DNA of 64,000 nucleotides, from the NCBI GenBank assembly GCA_965198235.1, contig OZ240248.1, forward strand, positions 1,632,001 to 1,696,000, written 5' to 3'. Shown piece by piece: positions 9,335 to 19,379 of this stretch; position 1 is the stretch's first letter, and the number at the start of each line of letters is the position of its first letter. The DNA comes from Candidatus Poribacteria bacterium. Its GTDB lineage: Bacteria > Poribacteria > WGA-4E > WGA-3G. The translations under genes were made by a program, and so were the position numbers. The notes under the pieces were generated by a model. That model ran no database searches, was not told where the DNA came from, and saw only the letters and a program-made list of their open reading frames with translations.

Positions 9335-10384
9335 CTATTCTACTGTGGCATTCCACTGCTTGGCACGTTTCATGAATACCGACGGATCCAGCAACCATTC
9401 GCCATAACCGATGTTCTTGTTATTTGTCAGATAGTCAAGTTTTTCATCAATGCAGGCGGCGAGATCGGCATCTTCGAGGGCGAGCGTAAATCCGCCATAC
9501 TCTATCTGCTCATCAAAGGCAGTGACGACAAGCTCACCGTGTGAGACGTGCGCGGCATCCTGACTACCAATCTCACCCCGCGCAATCGCATCAATACGAC
9601 CCGCGACGAGTGCCTCAAGCAACTCCGACTCCCCCAAGACATCACCGAGATAGATTATCTGTGGCAGGGTTTCCGTAGGTGGATAGAGATGCTGCCTACC
9701 CACGAGGTTCGGAGAGGCACCGGCGGCTGTAATCGTGTAAGCCGCTGTGCCATCGGCAACTACAGTCTTATCACGAGTCTCAACCCGGGTGCCCGATAGA
9801 AGGACCCCGTCAGCATCAACGAACCCGGTAAGTTGAAGTAAACGCGCCTCGCCCGTCGTGCTGGGAAGGGCACCAACGCGAACTTCACTGTTAAGGGCTG
9901 CATGCGTGGAGAGACGTTCCGCGTCTTCAGCACGAACCAAAAGCGTTTGCCGAAACCGGATATGTCCGGATGTAAAGGTGACGACGGGCATCCCTGTTGC
10001 ATCTTGCCTCCGGGATTCCAGAATAGTAATGCCGCCTCCGATAATATCATACGTGGGTTCAGCGGACTTTAGCCAGATACTATCCCATTCGGCGATAGCC
10101 GTTCGAGAGAACGTCAAACCCGCCCCTTCCATCGCTTCAAGTGCAGTCAATAGATCCGCTTCGTAACCGAGATGTGTATTGAACGCAGCCGAGACAGGAT
10201 CTTTGTTAGCACTGTAACTAATGGGTGCGAAATGGGCATAAAAGCCGACCTTCAACACGCGGGTTCCGTCCGTACAAGTACCCGTGGCTGTTCCCTTTTG
10301 TTGCGTAACGATCTGTCGCGCCTTCTCGCAACCTGAAAGCATCGCTGTTGTGAATATGAGTAAGATAAAAAGTCGAAAACGCAT
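9335..10384 (-). CDS. Solute-binding lipoprotein (SBP family 3-like)
   Basis: Lipobox MLSGC, LKVGFYAHFAPISY, GYEADLL, GRIDAIARG; AGGAGG before the ATG at 10384; no permease adjacent. Confidence 0.8.
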   Translation of the reverse strand: MRFRLFILLIFTTAMLSGCEKARQIVTQQKGTATGTCTDGTRVLKVGFYAHFAPISYSANKDPVSAAFNTHLGYEADLLTALEAMEGAGLTFSRTAIAEWDSIWLKSAEPTYDIIGGGITILESRRQDATGMPVVTFTSGHIRFRQTLLVRAEDAERLSTHAALNSEVRVGALPSTTGEARLLQLTGFVDADGVLLSGTRVETRDKTVVADGTAAYTITAAGASPNLVGRQHLYPPTETLPQIIYLGDVLGESELLEALVAGRIDAIARGEIGSQDAAHVSHGELVVTAFDEQIEYGGFTLALEDADLAACIDEKLDYLTNNKNIGYGEWLLDPSVFMKRAKQWNATVE

Positions 10385-10422
10385 TGAAATCCTCCTACTT
10401 TGACTTGAGTTTGACATACGCG

Positions 10423-11027
10423 AATTTCAGAGTATTCAGAGTAAATATGAAAAATTGATATGACAGGAAGAGGCTATGAACCTACGTTTTGACTGGACTC
10501 TTCGAGTCTTTGCAAAAGGTCTTTCAAAAGTTTACTCTGAAATTTTATGTGTGAGAGCTTGTTTAAAAATGTTACACTGGTGTTACATTGGATGTATAAT
10601 GGCTATCGGTAGAGAACGCAATAACTGTAAGGGTTCATAGGCTCCCTGTTTCTAATTTCCCGCTGTGAAAAAAATAATTTGGTGGAAAGTGTAACATTTT
10701 TATTCTACGTGAACATGAATCGTTTGAACAGTTTCGCAAATCTGACGATACTTTCACAGTTTTCATAGCAAAGCCAAGAAATCAATAGGTGTCGTGAATG
10801 GCGATAACCCCTGACTCCTATTGGGTTTTAGGCGGTTTTCATCAAAGGGGGCTATGAAAGTTGCTATGAAAATGTCAGACCGGTCAATATGCGTCATAAA
10901 ACTTCCTCGGTGCTGGACGGAAAATGTTCCGAAGGTCTCCTGACTTTCACGGAGGCTTCACGGAGGTTTTTGCGGACGTAGACGTGACGTGGGTTGCCAA
11001 GACGCAATATGCGGTCTCTCCGTGAAA
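10423..11027. repeat. Array of four non-coding inverted-repeat modules with 2+1 motif architecture
   Basis: Modules 10423-10544, 10565-10701, 10760-10872 and 10945-11027; see findings. Confidence 0.75.
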
Positions 11028-11139
11028 AAACGAATGTGAAAATTAAATTAACGCATCGTATCAGTGTTTTTAGGACAGGGAACTGTGAATGCCAAAAACT
11101 TTACACACCCTGTTTTTGGGTTTAGGGTTGGGGTATTGG

Positions 11140-11517
11140 TTAGGATTTGTCGGGATTCATTTTCAGGTTGGTTTTCGGTTTCCATTCGCGGATAAGTTCA
11201 GTTTCTAATAACACCGTTTCTTCCGCGTCCTCTGTGAATTCTACCGAAAATTGGACAATTGACCTGAACATTCGGAGTTGTGAATGGAGTCCGTCATTCT
11301 GTGCGTTTGAGTGGTGCTGCAACAACCGTCTTCGCACACAGGTTGTGGATTCCCCAACATAGAGACAGTCGTTCCGCCCCTCGGTGCCGGTTTTCCGCCA
11401 CAGGACATATACACCACTCCGTCCAGTCGGCAGTTGCAGGATCTCCTCGCGCGTGAAGGGACGGAGGTTACGTTTGAGTTGATACTGTAAGACGTAGGGG
11501 GTAACACTGTCAGACAT
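11140..11517 (-). CDS. GIY-YIG nuclease family protein
   Basis: SGVY...LYVGES...RRRLLQH...E..LIREWKPKTN. Confidence 0.8.
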   Translation of the reverse strand: MSDSVTPYVLQYQLKRNLRPFTREEILQLPTGRSGVYVLWRKTGTEGRNDCLYVGESTTCVRRRLLQHHSNAQNDGLHSQLRMFRSIVQFSVEFTEDAEETVLLETELIREWKPKTNLKMNPDKS

Positions 11518-11580
11518 AGGATACTTTCCACTGTCAGAATCAGGATTTACAGGATTGACGGATTTTCAGGATTATTACTT

Positions 11581-14379
11581 TTAAATATCAGCTGTCATCT
11601 GTTCTGGTGCCCGCATTGACTGTGAGATATACTGCCACTGAATCGCGAGGTTATTATAGTGTGCCGCGTTTTCTGCCTCGCCGCGGCGTTCATAGTAGGT
11701 ATACAATATCCCTGCCAAACGCTTTGCGGATTCGTAATCGCGCATCGCACGCGCAATGGTGGTACATCCCGAAATGCCGCCGCTCCTTTCTTCACCAGAT
11801 AGATGCCACACCATTCGCAGGCACCCCTCCCATGCTGTCATCTCTTCGCTGTTTGCATATGCCTCATATTCCTCACTCTGCAACAGTCGGACTCTACCCC
11901 GTGCGGCGATGAGGACCTTGTCGTGCATAGCGGCGACATCTACATCTTGTGCTGTTGCTAATACCTGAGCGTCTCCGAAATTACCTTCCATGTAACCGTG
12001 TTGCTTCAGCCATGTCAAGCAGAACTGACTCTCTGGATCTAATTCACCGGTCTCTTTTTCATGGTAGGCGGTGATCTCGTTGTTGATGTGCATGAGTGCC
12101 TCGCGTATCGGCACAATCTCACCGCTGATTCGTGTTACCTTACTATAGCGAGAATAGACCTCCATCCCCGGTCCGATGGCGGCTTGTGCTAAATCAACAG
12201 GTCTGATATTGGTGATGCGTGTGAGTCTGTCAAGCGCGGGTGGCATTTCTTTTTTCAGTTCTTGTAGGAACTCATTACGGGTTATGGCAGGCACATCCTC
12301 AGAACGCGGGCGGCAGACTAAAAGAATAGAAGATGCAAGTGCATTGGATCCAATTCCTCGATGTCTATTCACTAATTCAGTTCGCATGGGCCAGGTACCT
12401 ACTATCTGAAAACCGGCGTTCACGACTGCCGTTAGCATCGTCTCCCAACCGGTAGAGGTTTTCTTTCCATCCTGTTCCTTTTGCTGTTTATAGGCATAGA
12501 AAATAGAGGTAGGGAACCTGTCAGAACAGTGTTGTCGAATCCGCAGTAGTGTCTTGCCAAGTAATTCCTCAAAATGTTGTGCGGGATCTTCAAACCGGGG
12601 ACTGGCGGTTATTTCCTCATCCTTCGGAGTCATCATACTCCCAAATAGTTCTGGGTGGGTGTCTCGTAACAAAGGTCTCAACCAAACATAGAAGAAGTCG
12701 GAGAGATCCGCGTAGCCGATGTTATCGTAGTAGGGTGGATCAGTGACAATGACAGGTGCATCCATAGCATGAATAGTGGTGGCGGCATCTGCCTGATATG
12801 CTGTACCATCGTTTACTTCAGTGGGAAAACGCTCAACGACCTTGGCAACCCATTCGCCTTGGGATGTCCAGTTCCTTGTCGAACTAGAAAAAAGATTCGC
12901 TTCGGCAAAATCCCACACCATTGGAAGAGCAGGCAAGGAAAAAGCGTGGCAAATTTTGTGCCAAGTACTTGACCATGTCGCGGATGTACAACCGCTGTCA
13001 GCAATTCTGCCAATAACAAAGGTGAGATAGGTGGAAACAGCGGAAGCGTAGACGCTATCGCCTCCATCGAGCATTATAGCGTGATGAACATCTTTCAGCA
13101 AATCACTGAATGTAGTTAGAGTTGTGAGCTGCCTTTCTGTATACAGTTGATGCCAGTGGGAGAATCCATAATTTTGCAGACTGATTCCCAAAGCTTTTAC
13201 CGGTATTTTTCCTCTAGGCCTCCATTTAGGTTCGGCAAGTAGGGAGGCCTCAACGTGTTCATCAGTAGGGGAGATATACAAACGTCTTTGGTGGCCCTCA
13301 GCGATTATCGCTGTCATCATTTTTCCCATCTTTCCCACTTTGGCCTGTTCGCGCACATAAGACAATTTGACCGAACTCCCACAAGCAAAACAATAGGCAC
13401 CGCTGCGCCCTACGGTACCTCGCTTTGGGACCCCGTCTATATGTTTTTGCACTGTCCAGGAGATGGTGTTCGTTTCCCTGTCAACGACTGGTTTTGTCCA
13501 GTATTTGTTTCTTTCTTTAGTGGACAGTTGGAAGGTTTTCATCAGCGGCATCTGTAGTCCACAGGCCGGGTTGGAACATGGCACTGTGCGTGCCCAGAGC
13601 CACGCGATTACGGTGGCAGAAGTGCCGTCTGGTAGCTTTACTTTTGGGTAGAGGTGCCCAATTCGCTTATGTGCTTCCTCGCGCATCCATGCGCCATAGT
13701 AGCGGATGTCATTTGCTAAACCAGCAGTCCCTTTCCACGGCACGCGCGTTCGCCTTCGACCCGTGCCAGGGAACATACCCAACGGATCGGCATCGGGATT
13801 GACGGGGTTCTGATTGTGGAACTTCGGGGGCAGTTCAATCATCGCTTTGGTGAGTAGGACGGGCAGCGGATTCAGATCGGAGGCGCGGGCGCGCAATCCT
13901 AAGCGTTGTGCCTCAAGTGGAATGGAACCGCCCCCGCAAAACGGGTCGTAGACAGCGGGGCAGTGGTCGCGGAGGTATTGTAGAACCGCCTCTGGATCGT
14001 TCTGGAATCTCGTGCGAAAGGTAGTGATATCTTCCCCGTTGTTGCGGGCGACGGAGAACGCAATTTCATAACGTGCCTCCGCTAAGAGATTTTCATCGTT
14101 GCTGTCTTTCCAGATCACGAGTCGTTTGATGAGGTTGTGGAGACGGTTGTGTTCGGCGTTCTGTTCGGGTTCGGTTGGGAATTCGTCTTTGCATTCGGAG
14201 GGATCGTCCACCATGCTGGCGAAAATGACAGCGCGACATGCGGCCAAAGGACGGCGTGCCCAGTACAAGTGAAGTGTGGACGGATGGCCATGCCTGATGG
14301 ACTTTTCGCGTGTTGATTCACGGTTAATGGCTTGGAGGGGTATGTTGACCTCAATGAGTTTTTTTCGGTAATTGGACAT
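11581..14379 (-). CDS. DUF1156-domain adenine-specific DNA methyltransferase
   Basis: LHLYWARRPLAACRA, YDPFCGGGSIPLEA (motif I), TDPPY (motif IV), Zn-ribbon-like inserts CSNPAC and CFAC. Confidence 0.9.
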   Translation of the reverse strand: MSNYRKKLIEVNIPLQAINRESTREKSIRHGHPSTLHLYWARRPLAACRAVIFASMVDDPSECKDEFPTEPEQNAEHNRLHNLIKRLVIWKDSNDENLLAEARYEIAFSVARNNGEDITTFRTRFQNDPEAVLQYLRDHCPAVYDPFCGGGSIPLEAQRLGLRARASDLNPLPVLLTKAMIELPPKFHNQNPVNPDADPLGMFPGTGRRRTRVPWKGTAGLANDIRYYGAWMREEAHKRIGHLYPKVKLPDGTSATVIAWLWARTVPCSNPACGLQMPLMKTFQLSTKERNKYWTKPVVDRETNTISWTVQKHIDGVPKRGTVGRSGAYCFACGSSVKLSYVREQAKVGKMGKMMTAIIAEGHQRRLYISPTDEHVEASLLAEPKWRPRGKIPVKALGISLQNYGFSHWHQLYTERQLTTLTTFSDLLKDVHHAIMLDGGDSVYASAVSTYLTFVIGRIADSGCTSATWSSTWHKICHAFSLPALPMVWDFAEANLFSSSTRNWTSQGEWVAKVVERFPTEVNDGTAYQADAATTIHAMDAPVIVTDPPYYDNIGYADLSDFFYVWLRPLLRDTHPELFGSMMTPKDEEITASPRFEDPAQHFEELLGKTLLRIRQHCSDRFPTSIFYAYKQQKEQDGKKTSTGWETMLTAVVNAGFQIVGTWPMRTELVNRHRGIGSNALASSILLVCRPRSEDVPAITRNEFLQELKKEMPPALDRLTRITNIRPVDLAQAAIGPGMEVYSRYSKVTRISGEIVPIREALMHINNEITAYHEKETGELDPESQFCLTWLKQHGYMEGNFGDAQVLATAQDVDVAAMHDKVLIAARGRVRLLQSEEYEAYANSEEMTAWEGCLRMVWHLSGEERSGGISGCTTIARAMRDYESAKRLAGILYTYYERRGEAENAAHYNNLAIQWQYISQSMRAPEQMTADI

Positions 14380-14387
14380 AATATCGA

Positions 14388-14612
14388 TTAGTCAATCAGT
14401 TTTTGTGCGAAGGCTTGGATGCTACGTGCGTGAATTGACTGGATATAAAGATCCTTAAGTCGTTCCAGATCGTCTATATTTTCAAGTGCAGGCCTTAAGG
14501 CATCCACAAGTTCTGTCGAGAACTTCGTTTTAAGAACCACCGAGATGTGGCTGATAGTCGTTTCTTTGGTAATTCTCTCGTGTAGATGTTGGTAAGCCTT
14601 AGATTCTTGCAT
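14388..14612 (-). CDS. Stand-alone paralogue of the Rpn C-terminal domain (orphan RpnS-like)
   Basis: MQESKAYQ...NIDDLERLKDL...QKLID parallels MRESKGYQ...NIDDLERLKEL...QKLID; GAGGGA precedes the ATG. Confidence 0.7.
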   Translation of the reverse strand: MQESKAYQHLHERITKETTISHISVVLKTKFSTELVDALRPALENIDDLERLKDLYIQSIHARSIQAFAQKLID

Positions 14613-14630
14613 GTGTCCCTCGGGTATGCG

Positions 14631-15482
14631 TCAGTCAATCAGTTTTTGTGTGAAGGTTTCGATATTCGGCACCCGAGGTGCTGCGAGAAGGAGTTCCTTC
14701 AGCCGTTCCAAATCATCAATGTTTTGGAGCATAGGCGTTAAGGCACGCACCGCCTCCGTGTGAAACTGCTGTTCAAGCAGCGCGATGATGTGCTCGATAG
14801 TATTCTCTCTCAGCATGAGTTGGTAACCTTTAGATTCTCGCATGAGTTCCTCCGGTATGCGTCTTTTGAAAAGTTCGGGGTCATATACGATACTCCCAAA
14901 AATATAGAGGGCGTAAAGTAAATTTGCTTGTGTTTCTTGATCTACAGACGTTGCGCGCGTCGCATCAATACACGTTTGTACCCAACGATCTGAGTCTATG
15001 CCTGTAGGCGGTTTCATGAGCGGTGTGAAGGGTAGTATGCCTGGGGTCTGCGTCTCTAAAACCGCTTGTCCCTCTATCTCAATGAGCCGGATGACTTTAT
15101 AGTGGAGCGTGTATGTGTAACCGTTCCACTGATATTCATATCGTCCGGTGTCATTTCTTCCAGCATCTGGATGGAAATAGATGACGTTGGAGTAGACGGG
15201 CAACTGGTGTTCACCGATGAGGTGTCCGTGATAGGCTGCGTTTCGTGCCCACATCGGGCTGCGCGTGCTACTGCGGAGCTGGAATTCAACGTGCAAGATC
15301 GCTTCACCACCGGCGACGCGGATCCGTTTTGTGGTATCGGTGCGTTGTGCGATAATGCGCTGTTGTTCTGTATCCAGGTTTTCAAGGACTTCCACATCCG
15401 CCACGCCGAGTACGAATCGTGAGAGGTCGGTGGCATGATCCGTGAAGAGGTCCTTGGTCATGTTGTCGTAGTTTTGTGCCAT
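14631..15482 (-). CDS. Rpn family (recombination-promoting nuclease / putative transposase) PD-(D/E)xK protein
   Basis: YDNMTKDLF, RTD...ILHVEFQ, PVYSNVIYF, ILPFTPLM; start at MAQNYD. Confidence 0.85.
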   Translation of the reverse strand: MAQNYDNMTKDLFTDHATDLSRFVLGVADVEVLENLDTEQQRIIAQRTDTTKRIRVAGGEAILHVEFQLRSSTRSPMWARNAAYHGHLIGEHQLPVYSNVIYFHPDAGRNDTGRYEYQWNGYTYTLHYKVIRLIEIEGQAVLETQTPGILPFTPLMKPPTGIDSDRWVQTCIDATRATSVDQETQANLLYALYIFGSIVYDPELFKRRIPEELMRESKGYQLMLRENTIEHIIALLEQQFHTEAVRALTPMLQNIDDLERLKELLLAAPRVPNIETFTQKLID

Positions 15483-15488
15483 GGGTAT

Positions 15489-15518
15489 AGTGTAACCCAA
15501 AAAGTGAAGAAATGTCAA
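15489..15518 (-). promoter_or_regulatory. Promoter for a probably leaderless rpn transcript
   Basis: TTGACA-N18-TACACT, then only 6 nt to the ATG; no SD. Confidence 0.55.
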
Positions 15519-15572
15519 GCAGATTTGAAGTGGCACAAACTAACAGTTTATGCTACAAAAACTACAGATTTT

Positions 15573-18500
15573 TTAGTCGCTCTTGAATTCGGCGTTGAGG
15601 TGTTTGCTGTTTTGCTTGACAGCACGGGTGGTGTTTTCGGAAAAGCCGTCTGATTTGTTGGCAGTAATGGTAATTTCAATTTTCACATTTCCGCCATCTG
15701 CTTGTAGGGTGCGGGCAATCTCGTCTTGGATCATGTCAATCTCATCACCGAAAGGCAGTTCTAACTGCAAGGCTTTGGTAACAACGACGTGCGTAGGTCC
15801 CTTTGTTGGCGGGGGTTCGACCACAACGCCGGTTGGGTCGTCTCCCGTTTGCTTTTCTGTGTCTGGTGCTGATTCGGGAGCGTCCGATTTCTTCTGTTTT
15901 TCTTTTTCCTCCTTGAGGAGTTTTGCCATCTCAGGATTTATGAGGACAGCCGCGCTACCTTCAACCACTCGAAGCCCGCCGATCTGTTCTTCAAAACGGA
16001 AGTTGCGATAGTCGTCCCCCTCATAAGCACTGGCGTATCCGAAAGAGCCTGCCTGTACACCGTCTCTAAGGCACGTCGCCAAGACGTTTCGGTCCCTCAG
16101 TCGTGGCATGTAGACGTTTTGTGCCATGAGTTCCGAGAGCGTATCTAAGCCAATGTGCTCTTGATAGGTGTCGCTGCTCCAGATGTATTGCTGCAATTTT
16201 CCGGCAAAGATTTCAGGATCTATTTTTGTAACAATTGCGTCATCGTCAATGAATTTATCACGGAGCCGCCGTATAATTCTGCCATCTTCGGGTTTTGTGT
16301 CAGCGATAGAGAAGTCGTAGGCACTGTTTTGGGGATCTGATTGCGAAGGCGTGAGTGCCCATCGGTATGCCTTGAAGAGTGCAGTCGTTACGGCATCTTC
16401 AGCGGATTCAAGGTTTTCCGTCGTCTGATCTAACCTCGCGCCTTCGAGGTTGGTGAGCGCGCCGTGTAGGACATTTCCGTTCATGATGGAATCCCAAGAG
16501 AGGTAGTTTTTGACGAGATTTTTGAGGTCACGGATATCGTCTCGCCGTGCTGCGATGAAGAGGAGGGTGTTCCTGAAGGTGCGGGGTCTTTCATCGTCTG
16601 TGCTATATGTAAGCATTTTAAGCGCGGTTTCGCGTGCGATATCACTCTCTTTTTCACGGCTTGGCAGAGAGGACTGTGGATGAAGAATGATGTACTGAAT
16701 AGTTTGGGAATCCTGAATGGGATCTGGAGTCGTGGGACAGACCTTCACGTTTGAGGTGCTTTGAACTGTTCTTTCCAAGCGTGAAACGATTTCAGCGTAG
16801 ATATCTTCCTCGGTATATTCGGCTGCGCGGTCTGTAGCGACTTTATTGAGGTTTTCTTGGGTATGGAAGTAGTATCTATCGTCAAGGTTATAGAGGAAGT
16901 AGAGGTTACCGGTCATTCTACTGAGTGCGTCATTATACACAGAAACACCCTGTCCGGGTTCAACGACACCGAGGTGGATTTGCTGTTGAGATATACCTTT
17001 GACCGCACGTCCTGTTGCACTACCGAGGAATATCGTGCGAGCGATACGCCGCGCCGCGCTGCCCACCTCAATGAAGCTTTGAGAGTTTCGATCAATCTGG
17101 TCAGTGCGGGAACCGTGGCTGTCTACCTCTTGGACGACGGGGGCCCAATTTCCACCGGATCTTGCAAGCAGTCTGGTAAATTCATCAGCGAGTGCGGGAT
17201 CGTCAAGTGTGAGGTTCGCTGGCGTTATCAGCAGAGAGGGATCCTGTTCTTGAAACAGACGGGAAATGCAGGTCGCCATTATTCGGAGAACACTGCGGGT
17301 CCGCTGAAATCCGGGGATAACCGACCAATCCTCAAAGAGCCGATCAAATATCTCTGGGTGGATCGGATAGCAATCTTTCATCCGTTTCAGGTAGTCTTGA
17401 TTGCTAATGTTACTCGGATATTCGCTTCGGGAGTTCTGATACATCTTTCGGAACGCTTCACAGGTCAGGTCGCGTTCCGTTTCGTCAATTATGGGACCGA
17501 ACAATCGCCTGCGGACAACTTCATAAGCGTTATCCACTTCTAAGGGAATAGAAACGGCATCAACCCTTTCGAGGATAGATTCGAGGGTATCAAGGGCAGT
17601 CATTCCACCTTCACCACCTGCTTCGACCTGTGCTTCGGGAAGTGTTGCAACGAGTGTAACGTTCTGAGATCTGTTTACGGATTCTGTGAGGGTTTGAAAG
17701 AAGGTGTAGATACTCTCCTGTGTGACACCTTGGACATTACGGACATAAGCGACGAGTTCATCTATTAAGATGACAGAAGGGCCGACGTGTTCAAAGAGTG
17801 CGTCCAATTGCTTTCCGCCGGGGGCGATGCCTTCACGTGCGGCATCCCGTATGATGTTATAGGCATCTTGTCCGCCGAGTTGATTCGCCATCATCCCCCA
17901 GAGTGTGTTGAGCGGGTCGCCTTGTTTTGTTTCATCTGCATCAGTCGTAGAGAGGTAGGTGCCGACCAGAACAGCGACGTTGGCATTAAGGGGAGTGTTG
18001 GGGTCCCACGCCGCGTCTTGCAGGATGTCCGCTATTTCTTCTCGGAGCCGCTGGTATTCACCCTCTGCTGGCAGTTCTTTTAGCGCGTGAATTCCGGTAA
18101 CAAGATGATAGAGGGCAATGAGACTGTGGGTTTTCCCGCCCCCGAAACCTGTCTTGAGTTGGATGACTGGATCGCTATCTTTGCCGCCAAGTCTTTTGAG
18201 GGTATTCACCAACAATTGGCGAAGCCCAGGGGTGATGTATGTCTGGTTAAAAAAGATGTCGGTTTCGCCGTATTCTGGTGTTTTCGCGTTTCCTTCAAAA
18301 ACTTCTTGAAGGTCGGCGGCGAATTCCGATTTTCGGAAGGAGCCTTCAATGACATCGGTATTGGGGCGTATGACATCACGCCATGACTTGAGGTCAGCTG
18401 CCTTTCTACGCGGTAGTTTTGGTTTCGTGTCTACAGTTGGTGCCGCGCGGGTGAGTAATTTGTCGCGGATGACTTCAACTGCTCGCTTCTGTTCAGGCGC

Positions 18501-18854
18501 GTTGATTTGCCCAAGTATATCGCCAATTTCATGAAGCCGCGAAAGCGCGTAACTGGGATCGATGTCTCCTGTTTCCGGATGGGAAACGTTATTTCGGGCT
18601 TCGGTGATGAGACCTACAGCACTCCGAATATCGCGATCTGGATCGAAGCAGTGTTTAAAAACATCGTGCCAATACTCTCTGAAAAGGTATGGAAAATTGC
18701 CAATATCTATATCTGCTTCGTTTTGAAAGCGGTCTTCCGGTGCTAAGCCTTGCACGGTTTTCAGGTTTCTGAGAATAAACGGACGCATGGCATCGCGGTA
18801 GATATTGAGTGCTTGGTAGAGTGCATCTTGGGTTGGACGTTTGGGCGAATTCAC
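15573..18854 (-). CDS. DUF499 AAA+ ATPase with N-terminal Swt1-like HEPN domain
   Basis: EARNNVSH (Rx4H), SEFAADL, Walker A GFGGGKTH, Walker B ILIDE, YPIHPE, FQRTR. Confidence 0.9.
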   Translation of the reverse strand: MNSPKRPTQDALYQALNIYRDAMRPFILRNLKTVQGLAPEDRFQNEADIDIGNFPYLFREYWHDVFKHCFDPDRDIRSAVGLITEARNNVSHPETGDIDPSYALSRLHEIGDILGQINAPEQKRAVEVIRDKLLTRAAPTVDTKPKLPRRKAADLKSWRDVIRPNTDVIEGSFRKSEFAADLQEVFEGNAKTPEYGETDIFFNQTYITPGLRQLLVNTLKRLGGKDSDPVIQLKTGFGGGKTHSLIALYHLVTGIHALKELPAEGEYQRLREEIADILQDAAWDPNTPLNANVAVLVGTYLSTTDADETKQGDPLNTLWGMMANQLGGQDAYNIIRDAAREGIAPGGKQLDALFEHVGPSVILIDELVAYVRNVQGVTQESIYTFFQTLTESVNRSQNVTLVATLPEAQVEAGGEGGMTALDTLESILERVDAVSIPLEVDNAYEVVRRRLFGPIIDETERDLTCEAFRKMYQNSRSEYPSNISNQDYLKRMKDCYPIHPEIFDRLFEDWSVIPGFQRTRSVLRIMATCISRLFQEQDPSLLITPANLTLDDPALADEFTRLLARSGGNWAPVVQEVDSHGSRTDQIDRNSQSFIEVGSAARRIARTIFLGSATGRAVKGISQQQIHLGVVEPGQGVSVYNDALSRMTGNLYFLYNLDDRYYFHTQENLNKVATDRAAEYTEEDIYAEIVSRLERTVQSTSNVKVCPTTPDPIQDSQTIQYIILHPQSSLPSREKESDIARETALKMLTYSTDDERPRTFRNTLLFIAARRDDIRDLKNLVKNYLSWDSIMNGNVLHGALTNLEGARLDQTTENLESAEDAVTTALFKAYRWALTPSQSDPQNSAYDFSIADTKPEDGRIIRRLRDKFIDDDAIVTKIDPEIFAGKLQQYIWSSDTYQEHIGLDTLSELMAQNVYMPRLRDRNVLATCLRDGVQAGSFGYASAYEGDDYRNFRFEEQIGGLRVVEGSAAVLINPEMAKLLKEEKEKQKKSDAPESAPDTEKQTGDDPTGVVVEPPPTKGPTHVVVTKALQLELPFGDEIDMIQDEIARTLQADGGNVKIEITITANKSDGFSENTTRAVKQNSKHLNAEFKSD

Positions 18855-18881
18855 GTGTTTAAAGCTCCATTTATTCCGCGG

Positions 18882-19379
18882 TTATCTAAAAATCCAATTT
18901 TCTCTTTTTACAATACCAGATATCCTAACACATTCAATATTAGAAACTTTACATACATCAGGAATTCTTGGGTGTTGTAGATTTCCGGTCGATTTTTCTT
19001 CTGTTACTACAACGCTGTTTCGGAATTTCATTGCTAAAGCTACCACCCACGGATCTGCTCCCGATGTGCCTTTTTTAATATTTAGCATCCCTGGATACGT
19101 TGATAACATGTTACGAACGGCTCTTTGATCTGAATCATCAATTTTCAATTCAAGATACGGTTTCAAACCTTTTTCACGACACCACTTATCTAATACTTCA
19201 TCTTGCATAGCTTCCGCAAAAACAAACTCAGACATCTTGAGCCGATCATCTCTTATTAGTTTCTCTAATTCCTGCCACAAGGCCGGAAAATTTTCCATTG
19301 GATATAGGAAGCGATAAGCATCAATTAGCGAGCTTGTATCCAGACTATAAACTATCTGATTTTGATTAAATAAATTCAT
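18882..19379 (-). CDS. DUF4411 family (PIN-like) protein
   Basis: YSLDTSSLI, FPALW, ADPWVVALA, VVTEE, RIPDVC. Confidence 0.85.
   Translation of the reverse strand: MNLFNQNQIVYSLDTSSLIDAYRFLYPMENFPALWQELEKLIRDDRLKMSEFVFAEAMQDEVLDKWCREKGLKPYLELKIDDSDQRAVRNMLSTYPGMLNIKKGTSGADPWVVALAMKFRNSVVVTEEKSTGNLQHPRIPDVCKVSNIECVRISGIVKRENWIFR

Noticed and set aside
10423-11027. Integron attC array or CRISPR array
   Set aside because: No RYYYAAC...GTTRRRY ends, no identical repeats at constant spacing, and no intI or cas genes in the window
11535-11578. CAGGATTT-like ~9-bp tandem repeat between the methylase and GIY-YIG genes
   Set aside because: Short, degenerate and single in this window; no function can be supported
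14631-15482. rpn as an IS transposase
   Set aside because: No terminal inverted repeats or target duplication are visible, and the family is not shown to transpose
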